Positions 25,988-34,557 of a stretch of DNA of 64,000 nt are shown here, in pieces. The DNA is from an uncultured Actinomyces sp. (lineage in GTDB: Bacteria > Actinomycetota > Actinomycetes > Actinomycetales > Actinomycetaceae), in the NCBI GenBank assembly GCA_964344535.1, contig CAYFNQ010000001.1:10184-74183 (forward strand), read 5' to 3'. Each line of letters starts with the position of its first letter. The first letter of the stretch is position 1. The position numbers were made by a program, and so were the translations under genes. Below the pieces are notes generated by a model. The model ran no database searches and was not told the DNA's origin. It saw nothing but the letters and a program-made list of their open reading frames with translations.

Positions 25988-26980
25988 TCACCTTTGGAAA
26001 TGATCGAACCCGGCCTCATCCAAGGCCGCCCCATCTAGTGTGACTAATGCCTGGCCAAACCCTGCTTCTCCGACAACGCCAATTGGGAAGAACGGGTCGG
26101 TGACTAGAACGTAGGGCGGGAATGTGGCAAGGAGCGCCTGGTCCTCGCCCCCAAAAAGCACCCACTGGTATGGGTCCTGGCCCAATTGCTTGGCAGCGGC
26201 ATCAAGGTCGGCGGCGCTAGCCTGGAGGCCATAGCGCGTGAGATCAATGGACACACCGGACGCTTGCGCGACACGCCTGGCGTCAATGACCAAACCATCG
26301 GAGACGTCGATCATCGCCGTAGCTCCCCTGCTCTTTGCCAATGGGCCGGCCTCCAGCGGGGGGCGAGGAACCCGGTACAGTTCAACGGGTTTCGTGAACG
26401 GGTAGGGAACGTCGTTGCCTTGCAAAGCGGCAGCGACAACTCCACTTGACAATGCCGCAAGCCCGGCGGCTGCCTGCCCCAGCGTGCCCGCGACAGCGAC
26501 GGTGTCTCCTGGGCGCGCTCCACTGCGCAGGACTGGCTGTCCCCCACCACCGCCGTGTGCGGTGACTGAGATGACCAGCTTTTCTCCGCGACTCAAATCG
26601 CCCCCGACGACACCTGCACCTGTCGGGAAAACTTCTGCGGCCATCCCCTGAGCAAAGTCTTCCACCCAAGCAACGTCAAGGTCTGGTGGCAGGACAAGGG
26701 AAACGACTAGGGACCAGGGTGTGGCTCCCATCGCGGCAATGTCTGAAAGGTTTTGGGCCGCAGCTCGCGCACCAACCTGGAAACCCGAAGACCAGTGCCT
26801 ACGAAAGTGCACGTCCTCAACCAAAACATCGGTCGTGACCGCGAAGTCGCCGCCCGGTACTGCGACCACTGCAGCATCGTCCCCGGGACCAACAAGTGTT
26901 CTGTTGCCTTGCGGCAGCAGTGGGACGACCCGCGCTAACAGTTGCGCTTCGGACAGTTCCCCCACCTTCACGGGGTTCAC
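25988..26980 (-). CDS. thiL: Thiamine-monophosphate kinase
   Basis: GPGDDAAVV and TTDVLVEDVHF AIR-synthase-fold motifs. I moved the start to GTG 26980, which forms a GTGA overlap with the upstream methyltransferase stop. The listed 27079 start would overlap that gene by about 100 nt. Confidence 0.85.
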   Translation of the reverse strand: MNPVKVGELSEAQLLARVVPLLPQGNRTLVGPGDDAAVVAVPGGDFAVTTDVLVEDVHFRRHWSSGFQVGARAAAQNLSDIAAMGATPWSLVVSLVLPPDLDVAWVEDFAQGMAAEVFPTGAGVVGGDLSRGEKLVISVTAHGGGGGQPVLRSGARPGDTVAVAGTLGQAAAGLAALSSGVVAAALQGNDVPYPFTKPVELYRVPRPPLEAGPLAKSRGATAMIDVSDGLVIDARRVAQASGVSIDLTRYGLQASAADLDAAAKQLGQDPYQWVLFGGEDQALLATFPPYVLVTDPFFPIGVVGEAGFGQALVTLDGAALDEAGFDHFQR

Positions 26981-27795
26981 CTTGCCAGGCTGGAAGCAAA
27001 CGTGCAGATGGCCGCAGACGCTGCAACGTTTAGGGAGTCCACTCCCCCAGCCATTGGGATGCGCACCAAAGTCGCGCAAGCGTCAGCTTCTTGTGGGCTC
27101 AATCCCCTAGCTTCATTGCCGAAGACCCAAGCGTGCGGCTCTTTCAACGTGTCGGCGGCTATCAGCTCTGGCAAAGAGACCGTGTCTGAACGCAAAAAAG
27201 TGCCCAGCAGAGGCACGTCGAACTTCCTCAAGACCTGCGCCGCACGGTCGAAGTCGACGTGGAGGATGGGCAGTTGGAAGACACTGCCAGCTGAAGAGCG
27301 GATCACTTTCGGGTTGCCAGGCTCAACAGTGCCAACCCCTAAGAGGATTGCGGAGGCTCCCATGGCAACGGAAGTGCGAATGATGGTTCCCAGGTTCCCC
27401 GGGTCTTGAGTTTCCGGCAAGACAACTAGGAACTGGGATGACCCGCGCCCTAAGCCGGCAACGACTTCTTGTAGGGACTCTTCTTGGTCCCCTATGGCCC
27501 AGTTGTGCGCGACCGCTACAACCCCTTGGCTTTCGCCGCTGATTTTCGCCATGACTGGCAAGGAAACTTGGTGTACGAAACGGACGGCCTGGGAAATCTC
27601 TCCTGCCAAGTCCGCATGGTCTTGCGTGAATTTCTCAGTCAGATAGACGTCAGTAATTGAGCCGGGACGAAACTTCACCAGCTCTTGGACGCTTTGCGGC
27701 CCCTCAACCAATACTCTGCCGGTCTTTTTCCGCGCGCTGCGTCCGCTGAGTGCAGCGACCTTGCGGATTCGGTCAGAACGCGGGTTGTCAAGCAT
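26977..27795 (-). CDS. TrmH/SpoU-family RNA 2'-O-methyltransferase (TsnR-like)
   Basis: C-terminal SPOUT motifs (GNLGTIIRTS, VFGNEARGLS, IPMAGGVDSLNVAASAAI). Conserved position downstream of rplT. Confidence 0.85.
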   Translation of the reverse strand: MLDNPRSDRIRKVAALSGRSARKKTGRVLVEGPQSVQELVKFRPGSITDVYLTEKFTQDHADLAGEISQAVRFVHQVSLPVMAKISGESQGVVAVAHNWAIGDQEESLQEVVAGLGRGSSQFLVVLPETQDPGNLGTIIRTSVAMGASAILLGVGTVEPGNPKVIRSSAGSVFQLPILHVDFDRAAQVLRKFDVPLLGTFLRSDTVSLPELIAADTLKEPHAWVFGNEARGLSPQEADACATLVRIPMAGGVDSLNVAASAAICTFASSLAR

Positions 27796-27814
27796 TGGCA
27801 GGGGCCGCCCAGAC

Positions 27815-28195
27815 TTAGTTAGCCGGTGCGTTTACGTCTTGCGGTAGTGCGTCTTTCGCAACCTGAACCAAAGCTGAGAAAGCTTCTGGTTCGTTCACCG
27901 CAAGTTCAGCCAGCATGCGGCGGTCAACCTCAACGCCAGCTAGGTTCAAGCCCTGGATGAATCGGTTGTACGTCAAACCTTCGGCCCGAGCCCCAGCGTT
28001 GATGCGCTGGATCCACAGGCGACGGAAGTCGCGCTTCTTGTTGCGGCGGTCCCGGTAAGCGTAAACCTGGCTGTGGGTTACCTGTTCCTTTGCCTTACGG
28101 TAAAGGCGTGAGCGTTGTCCCCGGTATCCGGAGGCTTGCTCAAGAACACTGCGACGCTTCTTCTTAGCGTTTACTGAACGCTTTACACGTGCCAT
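27815..28195 (-). CDS. rplT: 50S ribosomal protein L20
   Basis: [15 protein letters not shown]...[17 protein letters not shown] is canonical L20. Confidence 0.97.
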   Translation of the reverse strand: MARVKRSVNAKKKRRSVLEQASGYRGQRSRLYRKAKEQVTHSQVYAYRDRRNKKRDFRRLWIQRINAGARAEGLTYNRFIQGLNLAGVEVDRRMLAELAVNEPEAFSALVQVAKDALPQDVNAPAN

Positions 28196-28226
28196 CTTCG
28201 GTTATCTCCTTCGTATAGAAACTGCA

Positions 28227-28421
28227 CTACTTGCCAAGCAAGCGGCGCACTTCTTTCCGGTCGTTCTGCGAAACCTGTACGTCAGCTTCTAGGCGACGTT
28301 TGCGGCGCGCAGGCTTGTGCTCAAGCAAGTGACGTCTTCCAGCACGCTCGCGCATGATTTTCCCTGAGCCGGTTACACGAAACCTTTTCTTCGCTCCGGA
28401 ATGAGTTTTGTTCTTAGGCAT
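28227..28421 (-). CDS. rpmI: 50S ribosomal protein L35
   Basis: [24 protein letters not shown] is canonical L35. Confidence 0.97.
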   Translation of the reverse strand: MPKNKTHSGAKKRFRVTGSGKIMRERAGRRHLLEHKPARRKRRLEADVQVSQNDRKEVRRLLGK

Positions 28422-28473
28422 CCTTCGTTCCTTCTAATTCACTGTGACAGCTGGTCACAGAAGCTCTTGTTTT

Positions 28474-29118
28474 CTACAGGCCTTCTTCGCGGGCTTGTTT
28501 TGCAGCCCGACCACGCGCCGCGTCCCTAGCGGCCCGTTCCTCATGCTTGGCGCGCCTTGCCGCGCGTTCTTGACGACGGCGTTCGCGCTGGTCGGTCATA
28601 GCCTGTGCCTTGCGCCTGGTTGGGGCCAGAACCATGGTCATGTTGCGTCCGTCTTGCCTGGGCAGACTTTCAATCGTTGACAGCTCTTCAACTTCTCCAG
28701 CTAGGCGCTGCAGGAGCCGGATACCGGCTTCCGGCCTGGATTGCTCCCTACCGCGGAACATGATCATGACCTTGACTTTGTCGCCCTGCTCTAGGAACCG
28801 GCGGACGTGTCCGGTCTTTGTCTCAAAGTCGTGCTCATCAATCTTGATGCGGAAACGGATCTCTTTGAGCGCAGTGTTCGCCTGGTTTCGGCGTGCATCC
28901 CGAGCCTTCTGCCCCGCCTCATACTTGTATTTGCCATAGTCCATCAGTTTTGCGACGGGCGGACGCGCCTCTGGCGCCACCTCTACAAGGTCAAGACCGG
29001 CGTCCTGCGCAACCCGCAGTGCGTCCTCAACACGCACCACGCCAACCTGTTCACCGTTCGGTCCAACAAGTCGAACTTCTGGGACACGAATGCGGTCATT
29101 TATACGAGGCTCGCTGAT
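28474..29118 (-). CDS. infC: Translation initiation factor IF-3, initiating at a non-canonical ATC codon
   Basis: The conserved IF-3 N-terminus [28 protein letters not shown] is encoded upstream of the listed GTG 29040. The frame opens just after an in-frame TGA (29133-29131). A GGAG SD sequence lies at 29128-29125, 6 nt before ATC 29118-29116. Confidence 0.85.
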   Translation of the reverse strand: MSEPRINDRIRVPEVRLVGPNGEQVGVVRVEDALRVAQDAGLDLVEVAPEARPPVAKLMDYGKYKYEAGQKARDARRNQANTALKEIRFRIKIDEHDFETKTGHVRRFLEQGDKVKVMIMFRGREQSRPEAGIRLLQRLAGEVEELSTIESLPRQDGRNMTMVLAPTRRKAQAMTDQRERRRQERAARRAKHEERAARDAARGRAAKQAREEGL

Positions 29119-29397
29119 GAGACTCTCCTTTCAAAGATCCTAGGCAAAGAAAAACTCCGTGCCCAATGCGTGCACGGAGTGGTCCAGGCGGGGCAAAGCC
29201 CGCCTCAGTGACCCGGCGCCAACCAGCTTCCCTAAATTGCGCTGCTGCGCAATCTAACTGGCGACCCCCAGGTGGGATCTCTCCACTTACGCGTGCTGGA
29301 GTGGCCCAGCACAGTACGGCTGCTAAAGCCTAACAGGTTGAGCCCCGCTCAATCATGGCGGTTAGGCGGTGCAGTCACTCACAGTCCCATGTGGCTA
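29119..29397 (-). promoter_or_regulatory. Structured 5' leader of infC-rpmI-rplT (four stem-loops)
   Basis: Perfect stems at 29293-29312 (GTGCTGG/CCAGCAC), 29236-29253 (ATTGCGC/GCGCAAT), 29186-29205 (AGGCGGG/CCCGCCT) and 29154-29180. Confidence 0.4.
29144..29180 (-). terminator. Terminator/attenuator hairpin immediately upstream of the infC SD sequence
   Basis: On the minus strand, ACTCCGTGC pairs with GCACGGAGT (29180-29154) and is followed by TTTTTCTTTG (29153-29144). The SD sequence and the ATC start follow within about 35 nt. Confidence 0.45.
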
Positions 29398-30144
29398 TCA
29401 GGCTTCCGAAACCAGCTTTGGGACCAGCTCCACGCTTTGAGCCGACTCTTTAAGCATTGGGACGTCGCCTACCGCCCTCAGCGCGTTTGCCACACAACCG
29501 CGTGGGTCCAGTGAACCAAAGCGTTTCGGGTCGGCGAAAATTTCCACCTGGACACCGCCGTCCCACCCGTTTTGGCCGTAGCTTTGGGAAGGGAGCACCT
29601 TGGTGGCAACGACGGCTGGGCACTGTGCGACGGCCGCCTCCTGAAGCAGCTGTGTCAGCTCCTTGTTTTTCCACGGAGGCAGCCATTCGTCCCCGCCGGC
29701 AAGCGCTAACACAGCGGCCCTAGGGATGAGGGTCCGTTGCGGTGAAGCAGGGTTCAAAATAATAGTGCCAGAGGCCGCAAGCGCACCCACAGCCACCCGA
29801 TACGTCTTCATAGTCATGGGTCGCCCCTTAGGCTCCCACCGCAAAAGCTCTTCAGCGCTGGTGAAAGCGACAACGCTGGGGCCAAAGGGTCCCTCAATGG
29901 TCTCCAAGGGTCCCTTGCCTGGTGTAAGCGTCTTGTGGTCGGGGTCGTCTGGTGAAACTTCGACAGTGACGGGGACGATCAAACGTTCGGAAGCTAAGGC
30001 CTGAACCAACTCCTCCACCCGGCGTGCGGCGGCCGCAGGTGTATCAGCAGGCTGCGCCCACGCCGCTTCTGTGAGTGGCAAGACGTCCCCAACATCTTCG
30101 CGGTTGGGGCGCATCAAGAGCCGCATAGCTAAGCGGTCTTTCAT
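29398..30144 (-). CDS. Hypothetical protein, possibly SseB-family
   Basis: Soluble ~249-aa protein containing PSVVAFTSAEELLRW and TIILNPASP segments that recall SseB N-domain proteins. The start is ambiguous (ATG 30144 or TTG 30174). The listed 30279 start overlaps hisA. Confidence 0.4.
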   Translation of the reverse strand: MKDRLAMRLLMRPNREDVGDVLPLTEAAWAQPADTPAAAARRVEELVQALASERLIVPVTVEVSPDDPDHKTLTPGKGPLETIEGPFGPSVVAFTSAEELLRWEPKGRPMTMKTYRVAVGALAASGTIILNPASPQRTLIPRAAVLALAGGDEWLPPWKNKELTQLLQEAAVAQCPAVVATKVLPSQSYGQNGWDGGVQVEIFADPKRFGSLDPRGCVANALRAVGDVPMLKESAQSVELVPKLVSEA

Positions 30145-30175
30145 GGCTTGCGTGAACTCTTCGGGGTCGCGCAAC

Positions 30176-30922
30176 CTAGGCTTGGCCAACGACGGGTCCT
30201 TCCGCCACCTGTAGCGCTTCTTCCAAAGTGAAGCGTCCAGCGTAAAGAGCTTTACCGACAATTGCCCCTTCAACACCAACGGGTACCAGCTCGCGCAGAA
30301 CCGCTAGGTCTTCCAGCGTGGAGACACCACCTGAAGCTATAACGGGCGAATCGGTTGCGCTGCAAACCTTCTCAAGTAAGTCAACGTTTGGACCGTTCAG
30401 CATTCCATCGCGAGCCACGTCGGTGACCACGTAGCGGGAGGCACCGACCATGTTCAGGCGAAGAAGGGTCTCCCACAGGTCGCCGCCCTCCTTTGTCCAA
30501 CCTCTAGCTGCCAGCGTGTTACCGCGGGCGTCTAGCCCTACCGCGATTTGTTCCCCGAATCTCTCTATCGCTGAGAAAGCCCAGTCGGGGTCCTCTAGGG
30601 CTGCGGTCCCAAGCACGACGCGGGTGGCGCCCAACTCCAGTGCTTCCACCAGTGCTTTTTCACTGCGGATCCCACCGGAGAGTTCGATGTTCAAGTCCGT
30701 GGCGTCGATGACGGCGCGAAGAGTGTCTAGGTTTCGTCCCCGACCAAATGCCGCGTCCAAGTCCACCAGGTGGATCCAGCTGGCACCAGCTTCGGCGAAC
30801 TCCACCGCGATCTGTTCGGGCTCCCCATAAACAGTTTCCGTGCCCGCAGCTCCCTGCTCTAGTCGCACGGCCTTTCCACCAACCACGTCAATAGCTGGCA
30901 ACAGCACTAATGGTTCCAACAT
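30176..30922 (-). CDS. hisA: ProFAR isomerase HisA (actinobacterial PriA-type (beta/alpha)8 barrel)
   Basis: [29 protein letters not shown] and [11 protein letters not shown] motifs. I moved the start to ATG 30922, which has an AGGGGA SD sequence and lies 8 nt after the upstream stop. Confidence 0.88.
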   Translation of the reverse strand: MLEPLVLLPAIDVVGGKAVRLEQGAAGTETVYGEPEQIAVEFAEAGASWIHLVDLDAAFGRGRNLDTLRAVIDATDLNIELSGGIRSEKALVEALELGATRVVLGTAALEDPDWAFSAIERFGEQIAVGLDARGNTLAARGWTKEGGDLWETLLRLNMVGASRYVVTDVARDGMLNGPNVDLLEKVCSATDSPVIASGGVSTLEDLAVLRELVPVGVEGAIVGKALYAGRFTLEEALQVAEGPVVGQA

Positions 30923-30930
30923 TTTCCCCT

Positions 30931-31425
30931 CTATCCGCGAAATCCCGGGCCCTTTAAGAAGCCTGTCCACTTGCCCCTTGAGTCGGCAGCTTGCGCGTCT
31001 TCAGCATCGGCTTGGCCTAACAGAACTGCTTCCACCCGGTCATCAAGTGATGCAAGCACTAAACCCGACGACATTGTGCCGTCATCTTTGCCGTTCACAA
31101 AACGTCGCGCGGTAACGTTGCCGGTTACGCCCTGGTCTCCCGGGTGAGTCCACGAAGCTAAGGCAACACTGCCTAAGGCGTCCATCTTGGACACCAAAGA
31201 CGCCATGTCGGCCACTTCTTTTGGCAGCGGGCGGTCCTCTCCCAACAGTGCCGCCAGCTCCTCATCCATCCCACCGGTGGCGGGGACTTCTAGGAACACG
31301 GCACTACCCTTATTCGTGGCAAACACCGTGGCACCGGAGCCAACCAAACTCAGGCCAGCCGCTAACGCCGCGGGAGCCTTTATGGGTGACAAGACAACGG
31401 CCCTGCACACCCTGTCCTCACTCAC
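30931..31425 (-). CDS. Hypothetical protein (164 aa) embedded in the his operon
   Basis: GTGA overlap with the hisB stop. Ala/Gly/Leu/Asp-rich with no recognisable motif. It lacks the glutamine-amidotransferase Cys-His-Glu context expected of HisH, which usually occupies this position. Confidence 0.5.
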   Translation of the reverse strand: MSEDRVCRAVVLSPIKAPAALAAGLSLVGSGATVFATNKGSAVFLEVPATGGMDEELAALLGEDRPLPKEVADMASLVSKMDALGSVALASWTHPGDQGVTGNVTARRFVNGKDDGTMSSGLVLASLDDRVEAVLLGQADAEDAQAADSRGKWTGFLKGPGFRG

Positions 31426-32030
31426 AGTGCGCCCTTCGTGGAAGGGACACCTAGGGTGCGTGGGTCGATAGTTGTGGCTTCACGTAAGGCAAGCGCCAGG
31501 GCCTTGAACTGCGCTTCAACAATGTGGTGGGGATCGCGGCCGTCAAGCAGCGTCATGTGTAGGCAAATGCCCGCGTTGAACGCGAAAGACTCAAAGAAGT
31601 GGCGGGTCATTGAACCCGGATAGTGCCCGCCGATCCGGTGAAACGCTTGAGCGTCAGGCTCCCCTTGCACAACGCAGTAGGGCCGGCCCGCTAGGTCCAC
31701 GACACAGCGCGCCAAGGCTTCATCCAGTGGAGCAAACCCGGTTCCGTAGCGACGCAACCCGCGTTTGTCTCCCAGTGCCTCTTTGAGTGCCCACCCCAGT
31801 GTGATCGCCGTGTCCTCAATCGTGTGGTGTTGGTCAATGTGCACGTCGCCGACAGCCTTCACGTCCAAGTCAATCAGTGAGTGCTTGGACAGTGCCGTGA
31901 GCATGTGGTCGAAGAAGGGGACCCCCGTGTCGATGTCGGACACTCCGTTGCCGTCCAGGTCAACGGTGACTGACACGTCGGACTCCGAAGTCTTCCGCGT
32001 TTGGGTTGCGACGCGATGTTCCGTTTTCAC
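31422..32030 (-). CDS. hisB: Imidazoleglycerol-phosphate dehydratase
   Basis: [30 protein letters not shown] and [14 protein letters not shown] motifs. GTGA overlap with the upstream ORF. Confidence 0.93.
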   Translation of the reverse strand: MKTEHRVATQTRKTSESDVSVTVDLDGNGVSDIDTGVPFFDHMLTALSKHSLIDLDVKAVGDVHIDQHHTIEDTAITLGWALKEALGDKRGLRRYGTGFAPLDEALARCVVDLAGRPYCVVQGEPDAQAFHRIGGHYPGSMTRHFFESFAFNAGICLHMTLLDGRDPHHIVEAQFKALALALREATTIDPRTLGVPSTKGAL

Positions 32031-34513
32031 AGGGCCTCCCCCAGTGCTTCTAAAAACGCTTGGTTCTCTTGATCGGTTCCCACTGTAACCCGCAGGAAAC
32101 CCTCCGGCCCCACCTCACGAATCAACACGCCCTGGTCCAACAGCCTTTGCCAAACCAGGTGGCGATCGGTAAAGGGGCCAAACATGAGGAAGTTGGCGGC
32201 CGAGGGCAGGACGGTGAAGCCCAAAGCTTCAAGCTTCAAGCCAAGTTCCTGACGGGCCCGCCTCAGCTGTCCCACCTGGGCCATCTGTGAATCTGCGGCA
32301 TCAAGGACGGCGTTGGCCGCAGCCTGCGTCAGTGCTGACAGGTGGTAGGGCAACCGCACCTTCATAACCTCATCGACTATTGTTGCGGAGCTGATCATGT
32401 AGCCAAGGCGCAGGCCGGCAGCTGCGAACGCTTTCGACAGCGTGCGGGTGACCACCAGGTGCGGATAAGAGGAGAGCAGCTCCAAAGCCGAAGCGGCTCC
32501 CGGCTCCCGGAACTCCGCGTACGCCTCATCAACCACGACAATTGTTGCGGTTGTTCCCGTAGATGCGGTCAGACCAGCAAAGCCTGCACCACCCATTGAG
32601 TCCACGTCGCCCAGAGGGACTGTGCGAACAGGGCCGGTCGTTTTTGCAGCCTCTAGGATTCTCTCCAAGTCTTCAACCGGCACAAGGCGACCGGTCGGGT
32701 TGTTTGGGCTGGGTATGAATAGCACTGCCGGACGGTCTTGGCGCAGCCGTGCAATCAGGTCTTCAACTTCGCTTTGTTGGTCAGCGGGTGGCACCAAGCA
32801 AAACTTGGTGAAAGTGTCGCGCGCATATTCCGCATACATCGAATAGGTGGGCGCCGACGCCATAGCTGTGCGGCCGGGGCCACCGAATGCTTGCAGCAAC
32901 TGCAACATGATTTCGTTCGACCCGTTGGCTGCCCAAACCTGCTGTGGGCTAACAGAAACACCAGATTCAGCGAAGACGTAGTCGGCAAGGTTTTCACGCA
33001 GCGAAGCGGCATCGCGGTCCGCGTATCGGTTCAAAGTCCCTGCGGCCACTTTCACAGCAGCCGCTACGGATTCGATGACTTCAGGTGAGGGCGCGTAGGG
33101 GTTTTCATTCACGTTCAGCCGCACGGGCACGTCCAGTTGAGGGGCACCATAGGGTTCAACGGTGCGCAGATCTTCCCGCACCGGTAGCTCAATACCACTG
33201 GTTTTGCGCTCAAGTTCTGAGCGGATTTGAACGGCATTTGCATGAGCTGGGAGTCCTTCAGCCGTCGCTAGGACACTCAGTGGATCTGCCACCGACGCCA
33301 AGGCATCTTGGCTGTAGTCAATTACTTGGACGCTGCGCAGGTACGCGGTCGTGTTCAAGCCGCTTGAGTAGCGACTTGTCCCACCCGTGGGAAGGACATG
33401 GTTCGACCCTGCAACATAGTCACCCAGTGGAACCGGCGAGTGCTCGCCGACGAAAATGGCCCCAGCGTTGGTGATTTGCAGAGCGGTTTCTAAGGGATTT
33501 TGAACCATGATCTGTAAGTGTTCGGGCCCGTAGTCCTCAACAACTCGCTTTCCTTGCTGAAGGTCGGTCACAAGCACGATGCCGGACTGCGGTCCCCCTA
33601 AAGCTTGGGTCACGCGCTCCTTATGCTCAGCCTGCCCGGCCTGGACTAGAACCTCCGCCTGCACCGCCTTGGCAAGTTCTTCGCTGTCCGTCACCAGTAC
33701 GGAAGCTGCGGCCGGGTCGTGTTCGGCTTGGGAAATAAGATCTGCAGCAACGTAGCTGGGGTTAGCGTGACGGTCCGCCAGGATCATGATCTCCGTTGTC
33801 CCAGCTTCGGAGTCGATTCCGCAAACACTGCTGACAGCCCGCTTAGCGGCAGCAACGTAAATGTTGCCAGGGCCCGTCACCTTGTCCACGGGTCCACACC
33901 GGTAGTGGCCCTGCGTGAACCCGTAGGCCAGGGCCGCGATAGCTTGGGCTCCCCCGACTGCGATCACCTCATCTACGCCTAGGAGCGCGCAGGCTGCCAA
34001 AACGGTGGGGTGCGGCAAGCCGCCGAACTCCTTTTGGGGCGGGGACGCGACCACTAGCGAATCAACGCCAGCCACCTGTGCGGGGACCACGTTCATGACG
34101 ACCGAGGATGGATAGACGGCCAAACCCCCGGGGACGTAAAGTCCGACGCGACGTAAAGGCAGCCACCTTTGGTAGACGAAACCGCCGGGAACAATTTCGC
34201 TGACCGTTTCGGTTGGAAGTTGCGCCCGGTGAGCCACCTGCGCGTTCGCGATCGAAACCTCTAGCGCCGCCGTGAGCTCTGGGTCTTGGTCCCGAAGAGC
34301 CGACTGGAGGGCTTCGGAGGGGACCCGAATGCTGTCAGGAACGACACCGTCAAACTTTAGGGACAGTTCATCCAGTGCCGTCGCACCCTTTGTCCTTACC
34401 TGGTCAACTATGGGTGTGACCTGCTGTAAAGCAGCGGAAATGTCTAATTGTGGCCTGGGCAGGAGGGCCGCCAACCGGTCGTCCGGTACGCCACGCAAAT
34501 CAATAGTTCGCAC
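32027..34513 (-). CDS. hisD-hisC: Apparent bifunctional fusion: histidinol dehydrogenase (N-terminal ~440 aa) + histidinol-phosphate aminotransferase (C-terminal ~385 aa)
   Basis: Single uninterrupted 828-aa ORF. The HisD part contains SQAEHDP and [13 protein letters not shown]. The junction reads ...[36 protein letters not shown]. The HisC part contains [18 protein letters not shown] and [15 protein letters not shown] (PLP lysine). Confidence 0.8.
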   Translation of the reverse strand: MRTIDLRGVPDDRLAALLPRPQLDISAALQQVTPIVDQVRTKGATALDELSLKFDGVVPDSIRVPSEALQSALRDQDPELTAALEVSIANAQVAHRAQLPTETVSEIVPGGFVYQRWLPLRRVGLYVPGGLAVYPSSVVMNVVPAQVAGVDSLVVASPPQKEFGGLPHPTVLAACALLGVDEVIAVGGAQAIAALAYGFTQGHYRCGPVDKVTGPGNIYVAAAKRAVSSVCGIDSEAGTTEIMILADRHANPSYVAADLISQAEHDPAAASVLVTDSEELAKAVQAEVLVQAGQAEHKERVTQALGGPQSGIVLVTDLQQGKRVVEDYGPEHLQIMVQNPLETALQITNAGAIFVGEHSPVPLGDYVAGSNHVLPTGGTSRYSSGLNTTAYLRSVQVIDYSQDALASVADPLSVLATAEGLPAHANAVQIRSELERKTSGIELPVREDLRTVEPYGAPQLDVPVRLNVNENPYAPSPEVIESVAAAVKVAAGTLNRYADRDAASLRENLADYVFAESGVSVSPQQVWAANGSNEIMLQLLQAFGGPGRTAMASAPTYSMYAEYARDTFTKFCLVPPADQQSEVEDLIARLRQDRPAVLFIPSPNNPTGRLVPVEDLERILEAAKTTGPVRTVPLGDVDSMGGAGFAGLTASTGTTATIVVVDEAYAEFREPGAASALELLSSYPHLVVTRTLSKAFAAAGLRLGYMISSATIVDEVMKVRLPYHLSALTQAAANAVLDAADSQMAQVGQLRRARQELGLKLEALGFTVLPSAANFLMFGPFTDRHLVWQRLLDQGVLIREVGPEGFLRVTVGTDQENQAFLEALGEAL

Positions 34514-34519
34514 CGGCCT

Positions 34520-34537
34520 ATTCTAGGTTTTTAGAAT
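34520..34537 (-). promoter_or_regulatory. AT-rich palindrome with a TAGAAT -10-like hexamer directly upstream of the hisD-hisC GTG
   Basis: ATTCTAGGTTTTTAGAAT carries 6-bp inverted arms. On the minus strand TAGAAT is followed by 6 nt (AGGCCG) and then the GTG start. No SD sequence is visible. Confidence 0.3.
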
Positions 34538-34557
34538 CTGCTTGGCGCAGGCGACCA

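Noticed and set aside
30931-31425. Whether the 164-aa his-operon ORF is a degenerate or truncated HisH.
   Set aside because: It has no GNLRSV-like N-terminus and no nucleophile-elbow Cys or His-Glu pair. I can see no colinear similarity to HisH, so I treat it as an unrelated orphan.
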